Source: an uncultured Gemmatimonadaceae bacterium (GTDB lineage Bacteria > Gemmatimonadota > Gemmatimonadetes > Gemmatimonadales > Gemmatimonadaceae). From it: a stretch of 64,000 bases of DNA. Made by a program: the position numbers and the translations under genes. Positions 33,511 to 43,367 of the stretch are shown one piece after another. Numbering within the stretch: the stretch's first letter is position 1; each line of letters begins with the position of its first letter. Location of the stretch: NCBI GenBank assembly GCA_964637355.1, contig CAZWVG010000004.1, positions 1,517 to 65,516 on the forward strand, written 5' to 3'. The notes below the pieces were generated by a model. The model did no database searches. It was not told where the DNA came from and was given only the letters and a program-made list of their open reading frames with translations.

Positions 33511-34989
33511 CTACCGCGACGCCCCCTTCAGCCGATGCGCCCCCAACCCCGGCTGCTTCATGAGCCGCTCGATATCCTCGATCTCGATGGGGACGAACGC
33601 CGAGAGGTTCTCGTAGCCCGACTCCGTCATGAGGATCATGTCTTCGAGCCGCACCGAGAGGGACCCGTCGTCGAGCGTCATCTGCGGTTCGATCGTGAAG
33701 ATGTATCCCGGCTCGAGCGTGACCGTCGGGTTGCGCACGTCGTGCACTTCCATCCCCACACTGTGGCCGAGTACTGCGCGCAGGCCGGAGCCGTCCGGGT
33801 TGCGGCGGTAACGGGCGACAAAAGCATCGGCTGCCGCGCGTATCTTGGGATCGGTGAAACGGTAGTGCGCCATTATCGTGTCCATCTTCACCACCGCGCT
33901 GTCCATGATCTCGCGCCCCGTCACGTGCACGCGGATCGACGTCATCAGCGCCTGGTAGAGGCGCAGGTAGATCGTGTAGAACTCGCGCTGGCGCGGCGTG
34001 AAGCGCCCGTTGGCGGGGAAGACGCGCGTGACGTCGGTCGTGTAGTTAGCGAGATCAGGGGCCCAGTCGAACTGCACGAGGTCACCGTCGGCGAGCGTCG
34101 CGCGGTTCCTGTGGTAGTGCGAGTACGGCATGTTGCGCCCGGTGGCGATGAGCGGGAAGTACGACTCGCCGAAGGCGCCGCCGCGCTTGTAGACGTATTC
34201 GGCCGCTGCCTCGAGCTCGTACTCGCGCATCCCCGGCTCCGCGTCGCGCATTACTTCCATGATCGCCAGCCCCGCGAGGTTCGTCGCTTCGCGGATGACG
34301 GCGATCTCGCGCGGACTCTTCACCGCGCGCATCGTGTCGAGGATCGAATCGAGCGCTACAACCTGGGAGCGGGGCGCTGCGGCGCGCACGTGGGCGATGA
34401 ACACTTCCTCGCGCGACTCGCGCCCGTCCCACGGATCGATTTTGGTGGCAGCGACGTGCGCCCGCACGTCGCCTAGTGATTCGCTGCCGAGGACTTCCGG
34501 ATTGAACGTCGTGTAGATCGTGCGCCCCTCGGCGCCGATCCTGGCGAGTGCAGTGGCGAAGGAGTCGCGCGGCGCGATCGCATCGACGCCGGTGATGCGG
34601 ACCGATTCGGAGTCGACGCCCAGGTAGGGGCCGATCATCCGTTCGCGGCGCGCTGTCCGTGGTTGGAGGAAGAGCGTGGTGCGTTTGTCGCGGCCGTCGA
34701 TGATGAGGAGGGCGCGGGGTTCGACGACGCCGGTGAGGTAGAAGAACTGGTTGCTTTGGCGGAGGGGGGATTCGCCGGGGCGTTCGGGGGTGCCTTGGAG
34801 GATGGCGACGGCGGGGCCGATGGCGGAGAGGACGCGCGCTCGGCGAGCCGCGAACTCCTCGGGTGGGAAGGCGTTGGTGAAGCCTTGTTGGGCGCGTGCT
34901 GTCGCTGGTAGGAAAAGCGCGGCTGCACAGACGCATGCGAGCGTGAGTGCGATGCGTGGGACGAAGGGGCGGCGTGGCGAGCAAGACAT
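33511..34989 (-). CDS. Xaa-Pro aminopeptidase (peptidase M24B), secreted
   Basis: Signal peptide. 'VQFDWAPDLANYTTDVTRVF', 'LGHSVGMEVHD' and 'FTIEPQ' are the pita-bread metal ligand motifs. Confidence 0.85.
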   Translation of the reverse strand: MSCSPRRPFVPRIALTLACVCAAALFLPATARAQQGFTNAFPPEEFAARRARVLSAIGPAVAILQGTPERPGESPLRQSNQFFYLTGVVEPRALLIIDGRDKRTTLFLQPRTARRERMIGPYLGVDSESVRITGVDAIAPRDSFATALARIGAEGRTIYTTFNPEVLGSESLGDVRAHVAATKIDPWDGRESREEVFIAHVRAAAPRSQVVALDSILDTMRAVKSPREIAVIREATNLAGLAIMEVMRDAEPGMREYELEAAAEYVYKRGGAFGESYFPLIATGRNMPYSHYHRNRATLADGDLVQFDWAPDLANYTTDVTRVFPANGRFTPRQREFYTIYLRLYQALMTSIRVHVTGREIMDSAVVKMDTIMAHYRFTDPKIRAAADAFVARYRRNPDGSGLRAVLGHSVGMEVHDVRNPTVTLEPGYIFTIEPQMTLDDGSLSVRLEDMILMTESGYENLSAFVPIEIEDIERLMKQPGLGAHRLKGASR

Positions 34990-35218
34990 TCTCGAGGTTT
35001 CGTAGGAAGACTCTCGAAAGTACGCGCCAGCGAGATGGCGGCTAGCGCAAGGCGTTCACTCGCAGGAACGCTCCTGACATCGGGGAGAGCCAGCTTCGTC
35101 GGGCGACGGATTGCACGAGACGGCCGCGCGCGGCGCACTTGAGAACGGGTCCAAATGAACTGCCGCGACACTGTACCGGCGAGCGGCGTTAGGCTCGCCC
35201 GCCGGTGGCCAGACGTGG

Positions 35219-35860
35219 CTACTTCTTCCCGAACTCGAGTCCGACGTAGAACGACAGCACGCGATTCTGGATCTTGAAGTCCGACGAGATATCCGAGAAG
35301 CCGTGCGAATATCGCGCGCCGAGCGTGCCGCGAAGCTGCGCGAGCGGGAATCCGATACCGCCCCCGATCACGCCGCCGAAGTCCACCGAGTTGACGGAGT
35401 CGACGTCGTCATCGCAGTTGGAGTCGACGCTCACGCCGCCGCCTGATGCGCCGATCTTGCAACTGAGCTTGAGTCCAACGTAGGGACCAACGTAGGCGTG
35501 CGGCGCTACGCCGCCCTCCGTGCGGCTCTCCAACTGCAGAAGGAGCGGGACGTCGAGATACGCGAGCTTGAAGGAGACTTTCGCCGAGATGTCGCCTCCG
35601 CTGATGGAGCTCTCGGCGCCCTTCCGCGCGAAGAGCAATTCCGGCCGGAACGACACACCTCCGGACAGCGGCTTTACGACGTACGCACCGATCATGAAGG
35701 TCGTCAGTCGATCCACATCTTCCGCGTCGCTCCCACCAAACGTGGCGGAGCTGAGCCCTCCCATTACTCCGAACTTTGGCGCTCCGTCCGAGGACTGCGC
35801 GGCGAGCGGCATCGACAACGTCAAAAGCAACAGTGTCACGACCCGGTCACGTACCCGCAT
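35219..35860 (-). CDS. small outer-membrane beta-barrel protein (OmpW/OmpA-beta-barrel-like)
   Basis: Signal peptide 'MRVRDRVVTLLLLTLSMPLAAQ' from the ATG at 35860. Alternating beta pattern and terminal 'YVGLEFGKK'. Confidence 0.65.
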   Translation of the reverse strand: MRVRDRVVTLLLLTLSMPLAAQSSDGAPKFGVMGGLSSATFGGSDAEDVDRLTTFMIGAYVVKPLSGGVSFRPELLFARKGAESSISGGDISAKVSFKLAYLDVPLLLQLESRTEGGVAPHAYVGPYVGLKLSCKIGASGGGVSVDSNCDDDVDSVNSVDFGGVIGGGIGFPLAQLRGTLGARYSHGFSDISSDFKIQNRVLSFYVGLEFGKK

Positions 35861-35957
35861 GGTTCCCTCCCTTCGACACGTTGTGAGAGCGCGCGGCACC
35901 CCAGTGCTGCGCAGCATGACACTAAAGCACGTGTGTGTGTAGGGCAAGCGCGGTGGG

Positions 35958-36309
35958 TCAACCCGTGCGTATCAGGGTAGGCTGATCGGTGACGAGAGGC
36001 GGAGGCCAATCGCGCACACCCAGACAACGAAGCGAGGACTGCGCAACTGAATCCCAGCGCACGCTCCGCAAGCGTCCACATTCTCGAAGCGCTCAACGAC
36101 GCGTCCATCGATCGTTGGTACGAGAAGCACGTCGCGCTCGACGCTCAGGCTTCCGGCGAACGCCACTTCGGCGGGGGGGCGAGGCACTCGAGCGCATACT
36201 GCCTGGCATAGTGGCGCAGGACCGAGAACATCTCGACCGCAGCCCGCTCGTGCAACAACGAATGCGCGGAGTTCGCGAACAGCTGTGGAGGAAGCGTCCG
36301 CGATCGCAT
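35958..36309 (-). pseudogene. decayed Uma2-family paralogue (N-terminus missing, at least two frameshifts)
   Basis: My reverse-strand translation gives 'QLFANSAHSLLHERAAVEMFSVLRHYARQYALECL', then a frameshift at the G7 run (36173-36179). It continues 'PAEVAFAGSLSVERDVLLVPTIDGRVVERFENVD', then a second shift to 'GRLRSVRWDSV...'. This is colinear with 'ELFETPTPSWLHQRAVGDLIFQLHPYARSCSLECLMARAEVTFSPSRSVEPDVFVIPTINGRGAERFEDVGRLILAVEVDSP' of the intact Uma2 at 31742-32320. Confidence 0.7.
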
Positions 36310-37074
36310 CTATGTCGACCGTGCCAGACTTACCGCTTCGGTCACGAGCAACTCGTGCGCCTCTCGCCCCTCATGACCCCGAAACACGCGGCCACTTGCT
36401 GAACGCGGATAGAAGCTCGGATGGGACAGGGCCGCCCAAACGGACGACCCGCCTGAATGCAGCTGAACGTTAGAAAGTATCGATAACCCGCGCTCGTCGA
36501 TCTCCCGCAGTGTCGTGCGCGACGTCCACGGTTCGAGTCCGCGGCCGAGCGGCGCGACGAGCGAGGGTACCCAGGCGCCCAGCACGAGCACGAGGCGAGG
36601 CTGCTGGACTTCGAGCTGTACCCTTAGGAAGTCGCGGCACTCGGTGACAAACCGTGGGCTTAGTGAACCAGGGTATCGGCCGGTCGTTGCGGCGCCAAGA
36701 CGTAGTCCCATGTAGAAGTTGGTGAAGAAGCACGACTCGAGCGGAACTCCAGCCTCGCGGAGCATCTTGGTCAGCGATCGCCAGGTGGGTTGATTAGGCG
36801 ATTCCATTCCAAGCTCAAGTGACTTCTCGTAGCCGCGCTCAGAATGAAAGTCGTGACCGAGTACCATGACACCGCCGACGGGAAACTCTGCCAGGACGTC
36901 GGAGCGCGCTGGGTTCCAGAGGCCTAGGCCTCCCGGGAAGAATGAGGTGTACGCGATGGGCGCAGGGACTTGCAAGCATCCGTCGGGATACCCGGCAATC
37001 GCCAGGTGCGCTTGCCAAAGCCGACGCGCAGAATGCTCGGCGGCGTCGCCACTCATTGATCTGCGTTCATTCAC
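36310..37074 (-). CDS. uracil-DNA-glycosylase-superfamily protein (divergent, family unassigned)
   Basis: The UDG-fold motif order is 'GGVMVLGHDF' (motif A position), 'CFFTNFYMG', 'PRLVLVLGAWV', 'LSHPSFY' (HPS motif B). The first codon at 37074 is GTG (alternative ATG at 37056). It overlaps or abuts the HNH gene. Confidence 0.55.
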   Translation of the reverse strand: MNERRSMSGDAAEHSARRLWQAHLAIAGYPDGCLQVPAPIAYTSFFPGGLGLWNPARSDVLAEFPVGGVMVLGHDFHSERGYEKSLELGMESPNQPTWRSLTKMLREAGVPLESCFFTNFYMGLRLGAATTGRYPGSLSPRFVTECRDFLRVQLEVQQPRLVLVLGAWVPSLVAPLGRGLEPWTSRTTLREIDERGLSILSNVQLHSGGSSVWAALSHPSFYPRSASGRVFRGHEGREAHELLVTEAVSLARST

Positions 37075-38014
37075 GGGGCAGCACCAACTTCATCACGAGT
37101 TTCCGCGCCTCATCGATTGAAAGAGGCGGTGTCCGTCGGTGCAAAACGGCGTGACAGTTAGGACAGACCGGTCGCAAGTCGGCGATAGGGTCGGTACTCC
37201 GCTGTTCTGAGGTTGTGGCAAGCGGATTCAGATGATGAACATGTATGAGATCCCTCGCAATCGGACCGTATCGGGCTTCCAGGCTCACCTCGCACACGCA
37301 GCAAGTCGTACCAAAATGTGCGATGCACGCGCGTCGCGCGGCGGAGTTCCTCTCACGCGCAGACTGCACAACATCACGCACACTCCCTTCGTCGAAGGTG
37401 CTAACCACATTCGGTTCTAACTCGCTGAAGGACCCATCGCTCGCGGGCGCACTTCCTTCAAGAGCGACACGCACGTACGTCGGCTGCGGAATCGGCTTGC
37501 CGCTCAACTCGCCAAGCAGGCGGACCATGCCCGGGTGATGCGACTTGGGAGTCGCCCCGTTGATGCCCGTGGACGCCGCCACCTCCAGATGCTTAAGGTG
37601 CGCTTCCTCAATCGCTTCAAGGCTATCTGCAAGCCCAGTCGACGCCTCAATCCCAAAGACGGCATACGTTGAGTCCGGAGCGGACGCATACCCTCCCGGC
37701 GACTGTAGGTCTCCGCGAGCGTTTAGCGCGAGAGCCGACTTCCTCCCGAGCGTCGGCAAGTGAACCATCACGGCAATCAGCCCTCGCTGCAACGCGATGG
37801 CTTCCAGACGGCCGACGTTGAGTCGCAGGCGGGACGGTGACTTGGAAAGGCCCCACCTCGCCGGAGTAAGTTCATGCGCTATGCGAATCGAAGTCGCCAG
37901 TCGATCGACGGCGAGCGCACGTACGCCTTTGTCTGGCAACAGGCGCTCGAGATAGGAGAATAGTTTCTCTTCCTTCCATCTCTCGACGTAGGCTTCGGAG
38001 TAGTCGGCCGTCAT
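37067..38014 (-). CDS. HNH endonuclease with an uncharacterised ~220-aa N-terminal domain
   Basis: C-terminal 'CCVCE...DLIHVHHLNPL...VCPNCHAVLH' is an HNH/His-Me finger with a Cys4 zinc site. Confidence 0.8.
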   Translation of the reverse strand: MTADYSEAYVERWKEEKLFSYLERLLPDKGVRALAVDRLATSIRIAHELTPARWGLSKSPSRLRLNVGRLEAIALQRGLIAVMVHLPTLGRKSALALNARGDLQSPGGYASAPDSTYAVFGIEASTGLADSLEAIEEAHLKHLEVAASTGINGATPKSHHPGMVRLLGELSGKPIPQPTYVRVALEGSAPASDGSFSELEPNVVSTFDEGSVRDVVQSARERNSAARRACIAHFGTTCCVCEVSLEARYGPIARDLIHVHHLNPLATTSEQRSTDPIADLRPVCPNCHAVLHRRTPPLSIDEARKLVMKLVLPRE

Positions 38015-38125
38015 GCTTCGAACGTGGGTAATGGAGTTCGACGTCTGAACGGAGCAAGAACTTGGCGATGCGTCGGCGTGTCGACTGCTGTATGCGTGAT
38101 CATTTCCTTTCCGCGTGTAGGAAGT

Positions 38126-38833
38126 TCATTCAAAACCGGCAACAGGAAGAGCATTCAACTCTGCCCTCGCCTCGCGCCACGCGGGATAGTGCTCGCTCAA
38201 CAGCTCCACAAACCGCGCACTGTGCGTCGGTACCCTCAGGTGCACCATCTCGTGCACCACCACGTACTCCAGGAGATCCTTCGGCTTCTTCACCAGCTCG
38301 GTGTTGAGCCTGATGTGATGCGCAGCCGGGTTGCAGCTCCCCCACTTCGTCTTCATGCGCTGTAGGAAGTACCGCGACACACGAACCTTCAGGCGACTCT
38401 CCCACTTCTCGATCAGCGGTGGTACGGCGCGGTGCAGCAGCGCCTTGTGCCAGGCGTGCAGTACGGCAGCCCGTTTAGATCGATCGGCCTCCGGGCGGAC
38501 GGTAAGCGTGATGCGCCGGTGGTCGAGCGTCACGCTCGGCTGTTCGTCACGCTCGACGACCTTCAGGAGATATCGCTTTCCCCACACGTAGTGGCTCTCG
38601 CGCGTGACCAAGGCCCGCCGCGGCTCGCGCGCCTGCGCTCGGAGCTCCCTCCGGCGGGCGCGAATCCAGCCCAGCCGCGAGATCGCATACGCGCGCGCCA
38701 CTTCGAGACGCGTCGCGGTAGGCGCCACGAGAGTCACACGCCCTGTCGGCGGATGTACCGACAGGTGCACGTGTTTCACATCCTTCCGCGTCACCGCGAC
38801 CGAAATGTCGCCGAGACGGATTGTCTCGCTCAT
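38126..38833 (-). CDS. M48/DUF45 (YgjP-like, SprT-like) zinc metallopeptidase
   Basis: '[36 protein letters not shown]' contains HExxH. ATGA start/stop overlap with hsdR at 38830-38833. Confidence 0.85.
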   Translation of the reverse strand: MSETIRLGDISVAVTRKDVKHVHLSVHPPTGRVTLVAPTATRLEVARAYAISRLGWIRARRRELRAQAREPRRALVTRESHYVWGKRYLLKVVERDEQPSVTLDHRRITLTVRPEADRSKRAAVLHAWHKALLHRAVPPLIEKWESRLKVRVSRYFLQRMKTKWGSCNPAAHHIRLNTELVKKPKDLLEYVVVHEMVHLRVPTHSARFVELLSEHYPAWREARAELNALPVAGFE

Positions 38834-41800
38834 TCGTATCCGCGTATCTGCTTCAGCAGCCCGAACAACGCTTTGGTCGCTGCACGATTGCGGTGGAGCA
38901 GGGGGTATAGCGCGTTGAGCACCTGAGCCTCGCGCGCCTGGTCGCCCTTCCAGCCGGCAGGGGCGCGCTCACGAAGCGCGCGGTCGATCTCTAGGGCGAG
39001 GTCGACGAGCTCGCTCTCCTCCACCGGCGGCGACTCGGCGACCTGAGTCGCGTCGCCGTCCCGCTGAGCAAGGATCTGCGGGAGATTGCGGAAGATGACC
39101 GTGGCTTCCAGACGGCCGTGCAATGCCGCCGGCACCTCGTCGTGCGCTCCCTTCGCGGCTAGTTGCCGCGCCAACCCTTCGGCCTTTCGAAGGAACGCCT
39201 CGTACGCCGCGGTATCCGCGCGGCTCTGTGCGATGAGGTCATCGAGCAGTGCGGACATCTGCTCGTAGAAGCGCGGATCGGTCAGCTGATCGCGAATGAT
39301 GGTCTTGCGGACGTTGTTGATGATCCCTTCCGCGATCGCGTTGCGAGACAGCTTTCCTGCTGCATTGAGCTTGCGAGCGATCGCGTCGTTGATCCCAGTC
39401 TCGACGATCAGCTCGACGAGCGAGAGCTCGCCGAGCGCGCCAATGTTCGTCGCCCGGTCTGCCTGGACGTACGTGTTGAGGAGGTGGCGCATGTCGGCCT
39501 CGTACGGCTTTATGTCCAGCTCCTCACCCGAGTGCTTCTTGATGGCCGAGCGGATCTCGCCGTGGAACTCGACCTCCTGAAGGAGCTGCGCCGCCTCGGC
39601 GTCGCTGAAGCCCGTCTCGGCCAGGTTCTGCGCGATCTCAGCATAGGCACGGACAAAGGTTGCAACGCCCTTGTAGTACGCGATCCTCAGCGCCTCGGTC
39701 TCGTTGAGCGCATTCGGATTGGAAGCGTCGCCGCAGAAGTAGTGGAGGAACTGCTCCACCTGCTGCGGTGGCGCCACCGGCGCGCACAGGTAGTGCAGCG
39801 CCTCGCGTGCTTCGTCGAGCTTCCGGCGTCCCTCGACGAGCCAGTCCTTCAGCTGGATGTTGTTCGGCCCTCCATTGCCCGGGTCGGTGTCGAGTTCGTC
39901 GGAGCTGTAGACGGCGATCGCTTCCTCCACTTCTCCGAACAGCTCCTTGTAGTCGACGATGTGCCCGTAATCCTTGTCGTCGCCGTCGAGCCGGTTGGTG
40001 CGACAGATGGCTTGGAACAGGTTGTGGTCGCGCAGCTCGTTGTCGAGATAGATGTACGTGCAGCTTGGCGCGTCGAAGCCAGTGAGGAGCTTGCTCACCA
40101 CGATGAGCAGCTTGAGGTTGGCCGGTTCGTGAATGAAGCGGCGCTTCGCTTCCTCCTCGTACTGCGTGGTCGTCTGACCATACTTCAGCACGTGCTGGGT
40201 ATAGGTGTCGAACTTGTAGCGCTCGTCGCTCTTGGACGACTCGCGGGAGATCGCGTTGTGGTTCGGCTCGTACGACGTGATGATCCCGCAGTACTGCCCG
40301 AAGGGCGTGTTCTGAAAGAGGCGGAAGTAGTGGCACGCGTCGTAAATCGACGGCGCCACGAGGATCGCCGTCCCGCGATCGTTGTTGAGTCGCGGCTTGA
40401 GGCTGAAGTCCTCAATGATGTCGGCGATGATGCGCTGCTTGCGCTCTCCCGCGCTCATCAGCTTCTCGAGCGTCGCCCACGTCTTGCGCACGAGCGCCTT
40501 CTGGAAGTTGTTTAGCCCCCGAGTCTTCTGTTCGAACCACGCATCGATGGCGGCTTGTGAGGTGAGCCGTTGGGGTACGTCGCGCGCCTCGTACTTGAGG
40601 TCGAGGATCACGCCGTCGGCCACCCCTTCATGGAACTTGTAGGTGTGGATGTAGGTGCCGAAGACGTCGCGCGTCATCTGCTTGTCCTTGCGCAGCAGAG
40701 GTGTCCCTGTGAAGCCGATGAAGATCGCCCCCTCCAGCCAGCGCTTCATCTGCGCGTTCATGTCGCCCCCCTGCGTGCGGTGGCATTCGTCCACGAAGAC
40801 GTAGAAGCGCCCCAATGTACGAGGCGGTTCTCCCTGCAGGTCCGAGACGTCGAACTTGTGGAGCAGCGCGCATAGCAGGCGGGGCGTGGCGCTCCCCAGC
40901 TTCTCGACGAAGTCGGCTCGGGAAGTGATCCTCGGCGACGGCGAGTCTTCCCCGATGACCCCCGCGTTCATCATCACACCCATGATCTGCTTGTCCAGCT
41001 CATCGCGATCGGTGATGATGAGCACGCGAGCCGCAGCGTCGTGTTCCAGAAGCCACTTGGCGAGGAGCACCATCAGGATGCTCTTTCCGCTCCCCTGGGT
41101 GTGCCAGATGACGCCCCCTTCTCGCTTGGCGACCCGCTCCTGTGCCGCCTTCACGGCGAAGAACTGGTGCGGGCGCGGGACCTTTTTGTGGCCGGCGTCG
41201 AACACCATGAAGTTCCGGACGAGGTCGAGCAGTCTCGCCTTGCTGCACAGCTGCGCCAGCGGTCGATCGAGCAGCGCTCCTTCCACGGGAGTCGCGGTGT
41301 TCGGCGCCTCGTCCTTCCATTGCACGAAGAACTGCTCTGGCGTGCCGGTTGTCCCGTAGCGCAGCCCCTGCGAGTCGCTCCCGGCCAGTACCAGTTGCAC
41401 GGTGCTGAAGAACTGCTTGTTGAAAATCTCTTCCTGGTTGGTGATCAGCTGCCGCACGCCGTCGGCCAGCTCCACGGAGCTGCGCTTGAGCTCCAGCACC
41501 GCGATGGCGAGCCCGTTGAGATACAGCACCACATCCGGCCGTCGCTGATACCCGCCCTTGAGCGTCACCTCTTCGGCGAGCGCGAAGTCGTTCTGCTCCG
41601 GGTGCTCCCAGTCGATCAGGTGCACCGTCTCATGTGCCTGCCCCGGTGCCACCTGCACGGGGACGCCGTAGCGCAGGAGCTGGTACGTGCGCAGGTTCGC
41701 CTGGTAGAGCGTGACGCCCGTGGAGTCAGCGGCTGTTTCGAGTTTGTGTAGCGCGCCCGAGATGTGGGCGGCGGAATACCCGCGCGCAGCGAGGTTCGCG

Positions 41801-41952
41801 CGCAGGATCCCCGCTTCGATGCCGCGGTTGTTCTCGCGTTTGCTCCAGTCGCCGAGGTAGCGGAAGCCGAGTGAGTCGGGGCGCGAATCGTTCGTGAAGA
41901 GCGCGACGACGCGGTCTTGTGTGCGACGTTCGGAGCGCGGCCTCTCACTCAT
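38830..41952 (-). CDS. hsdR: type I restriction enzyme R subunit
   Basis: N-terminal PD...ELK nuclease ('[22 protein letters not shown]'), SF2 motor '[10 protein letters not shown]' and '[10 protein letters not shown]', and a C-terminal helical domain. The ATG at 41952 overlaps the upstream TGA (ATGA). Confidence 0.95.
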   Translation of the reverse strand: MSERPRSERRTQDRVVALFTNDSRPDSLGFRYLGDWSKRENNRGIEAGILRANLAARGYSAAHISGALHKLETAADSTGVTLYQANLRTYQLLRYGVPVQVAPGQAHETVHLIDWEHPEQNDFALAEEVTLKGGYQRRPDVVLYLNGLAIAVLELKRSSVELADGVRQLITNQEEIFNKQFFSTVQLVLAGSDSQGLRYGTTGTPEQFFVQWKDEAPNTATPVEGALLDRPLAQLCSKARLLDLVRNFMVFDAGHKKVPRPHQFFAVKAAQERVAKREGGVIWHTQGSGKSILMVLLAKWLLEHDAAARVLIITDRDELDKQIMGVMMNAGVIGEDSPSPRITSRADFVEKLGSATPRLLCALLHKFDVSDLQGEPPRTLGRFYVFVDECHRTQGGDMNAQMKRWLEGAIFIGFTGTPLLRKDKQMTRDVFGTYIHTYKFHEGVADGVILDLKYEARDVPQRLTSQAAIDAWFEQKTRGLNNFQKALVRKTWATLEKLMSAGERKQRIIADIIEDFSLKPRLNNDRGTAILVAPSIYDACHYFRLFQNTPFGQYCGIITSYEPNHNAISRESSKSDERYKFDTYTQHVLKYGQTTTQYEEEAKRRFIHEPANLKLLIVVSKLLTGFDAPSCTYIYLDNELRDHNLFQAICRTNRLDGDDKDYGHIVDYKELFGEVEEAIAVYSSDELDTDPGNGGPNNIQLKDWLVEGRRKLDEAREALHYLCAPVAPPQQVEQFLHYFCGDASNPNALNETEALRIAYYKGVATFVRAYAEIAQNLAETGFSDAEAAQLLQEVEFHGEIRSAIKKHSGEELDIKPYEADMRHLLNTYVQADRATNIGALGELSLVELIVETGINDAIARKLNAAGKLSRNAIAEGIINNVRKTIIRDQLTDPRFYEQMSALLDDLIAQSRADTAAYEAFLRKAEGLARQLAAKGAHDEVPAALHGRLEATVIFRNLPQILAQRDGDATQVAESPPVEESELVDLALEIDRALRERAPAGWKGDQAREAQVLNALYPLLHRNRAATKALFGLLKQIRGYE

Positions 41953-43367
41953 CACAGAAGCTCCCAATGTCCGCCCTTTCGCGGGCCGACGAAGCGGAGC
42001 TTGCCGGCCTTGACTAGCTTCGCCGTGGCCCGTTCCACCGCGCTGAGCGACTTGCCCAATCTCGCGGCGACGGCCGCCAGCGTCAGTTCAGGGTCGGTCG
42101 CCAGTGCGGCGAGAATCTGTTCCGGCGTTTTCACCCGCCTGTTCACCGGCGTTTCTACCGGCGTTTCTACCGGCGTTTCTACCGGCGTTTCTACCGGCGC
42201 TATTCCGCCGCCCGCTTCCGCCTCCCTTGTACGCCTAACGACATTCGCGGCGTACGGGAAGGTGATCCACAGCCCGGATTCCTCGGTCAGGATCACGGGC
42301 GCCGGGAATCCTGCCTGTCGGCAGGCGGCGAACATGCGCTCGATCCCACGCCCCCACGCCTCGATCTCTCCGGCCCGGAAGAAAACGTTGGCGAGATCCG
42401 GATTGAACGGCTGGGAAGCGTGCTTCTTCTTCAGCTGCGCCACGGTCCATGCCGATGGCAACTGACCGGGGTTCCAGATCATGAGCTTGTCGGCGTACAC
42501 GCTGATCTGAACTGGTACGCCTGACGCGTAGTCCTTGTGGATGATTGCGTTCAGCACTGCTTCCCGAAGAGCCGCCTCGGGAACCGGCAAGGTCTCGACC
42601 CGCTGAATACCACGGTACGTGATCCCCGCCTTGAGATACTTGGTGAGCAGTAGGTCAATCGTCCCGCCCACCTGCGAGAATAGGTCGCCGTGGACCTCGT
42701 CGTGGTACAGCAGGTCGTCGTCAGTCCGGAAGTAGCCGATCTTCACGTACGCGCCGGTCACGAACTGCTCCGGCTCGGGGTGGAACGCCAGCACGGCCGC
42801 GCGCTTGAGATGCGTGCCCTCGCGCAGATGCAGCTTTTCGATCAGCCCGGTCGTCGTTTCCTTCAGGTCGGCGGCACTCATGCGCCGGCTCTGACGGGCC
42901 TTGGCTCGAAACGCCTCGATCGCAGCCTTGGACAGGGCGCGTACCGAGACACTCGGAACCGGAACACCGTCCCACGCACGCCCCTGCTTGCGCAGTAGGA
43001 ACTTGTCGAGTGCGGCCCCTTTGAGCTCCTGCTTCGTGCTCCCGCTGCGAAGATGGTACTCCCCCTTGTAGCTCACGGGGTAGGGATACGGCTCAACGCG
43101 GATCTCGATCAGGTCCTTCCCCGATGCGCGCACCAGGAGCACGTCGGCCATGATGCCGAGCACGTCGCGAATCTTGTTCGGTAGGTCGGCGAGTAGCTTC
43201 TTCGCGTCCGCCACCCCAACGGCTACTCCCTTGTCATTGCGCCCGATCACCAGCACGCCGCCCTCGGCGTTAGCGAACCCACAGAGCCAACGCAGGTACT
43301 CGTCGCGCCACGTCTCCTTCCATTCGACGTGTTGGGATTCCATGCGAGAGCGGCGCCGCTCAGGCAT
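41952..43367 (-). CDS. AlbA_2 (Schlafen-like) / HATPase_c_4 / wHTH protein
   Basis: '[11 protein letters not shown]...[17 protein letters not shown]' is the AlbA_2 N-terminus, 'LNAIIHKDY' the ATPase-like middle, and there is a C-terminal winged helix. Start at 43367 or 43343. Confidence 0.75.
   Translation of the reverse strand: MPERRRSRMESQHVEWKETWRDEYLRWLCGFANAEGGVLVIGRNDKGVAVGVADAKKLLADLPNKIRDVLGIMADVLLVRASGKDLIEIRVEPYPYPVSYKGEYHLRSGSTKQELKGAALDKFLLRKQGRAWDGVPVPSVSVRALSKAAIEAFRAKARQSRRMSAADLKETTTGLIEKLHLREGTHLKRAAVLAFHPEPEQFVTGAYVKIGYFRTDDDLLYHDEVHGDLFSQVGGTIDLLLTKYLKAGITYRGIQRVETLPVPEAALREAVLNAIIHKDYASGVPVQISVYADKLMIWNPGQLPSAWTVAQLKKKHASQPFNPDLANVFFRAGEIEAWGRGIERMFAACRQAGFPAPVILTEESGLWITFPYAANVVRRTREAEAGGGIAPVETPVETPVETPVETPVNRRVKTPEQILAALATDPELTLAAVAARLGKSLSAVERATAKLVKAGKLRFVGPRKGGHWELL
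42145..42200. repeat. 12-bp tandem repeat (ACCGGCGTTTCT x4 plus a partial unit) encoding (VETP)n
   Basis: Units at 42145, 42157, 42169 and 42181, then 8 nt of a fifth. It is in frame in the linker before the C-terminal wHTH of the AlbA_2 protein. Confidence 0.95.

Noticed and set aside
42145-42200. Tandem repeat considered as a mini CRISPR-like array
   Set aside because: The units are contiguous 12-mers with no spacers, and they lie in frame inside a CDS.
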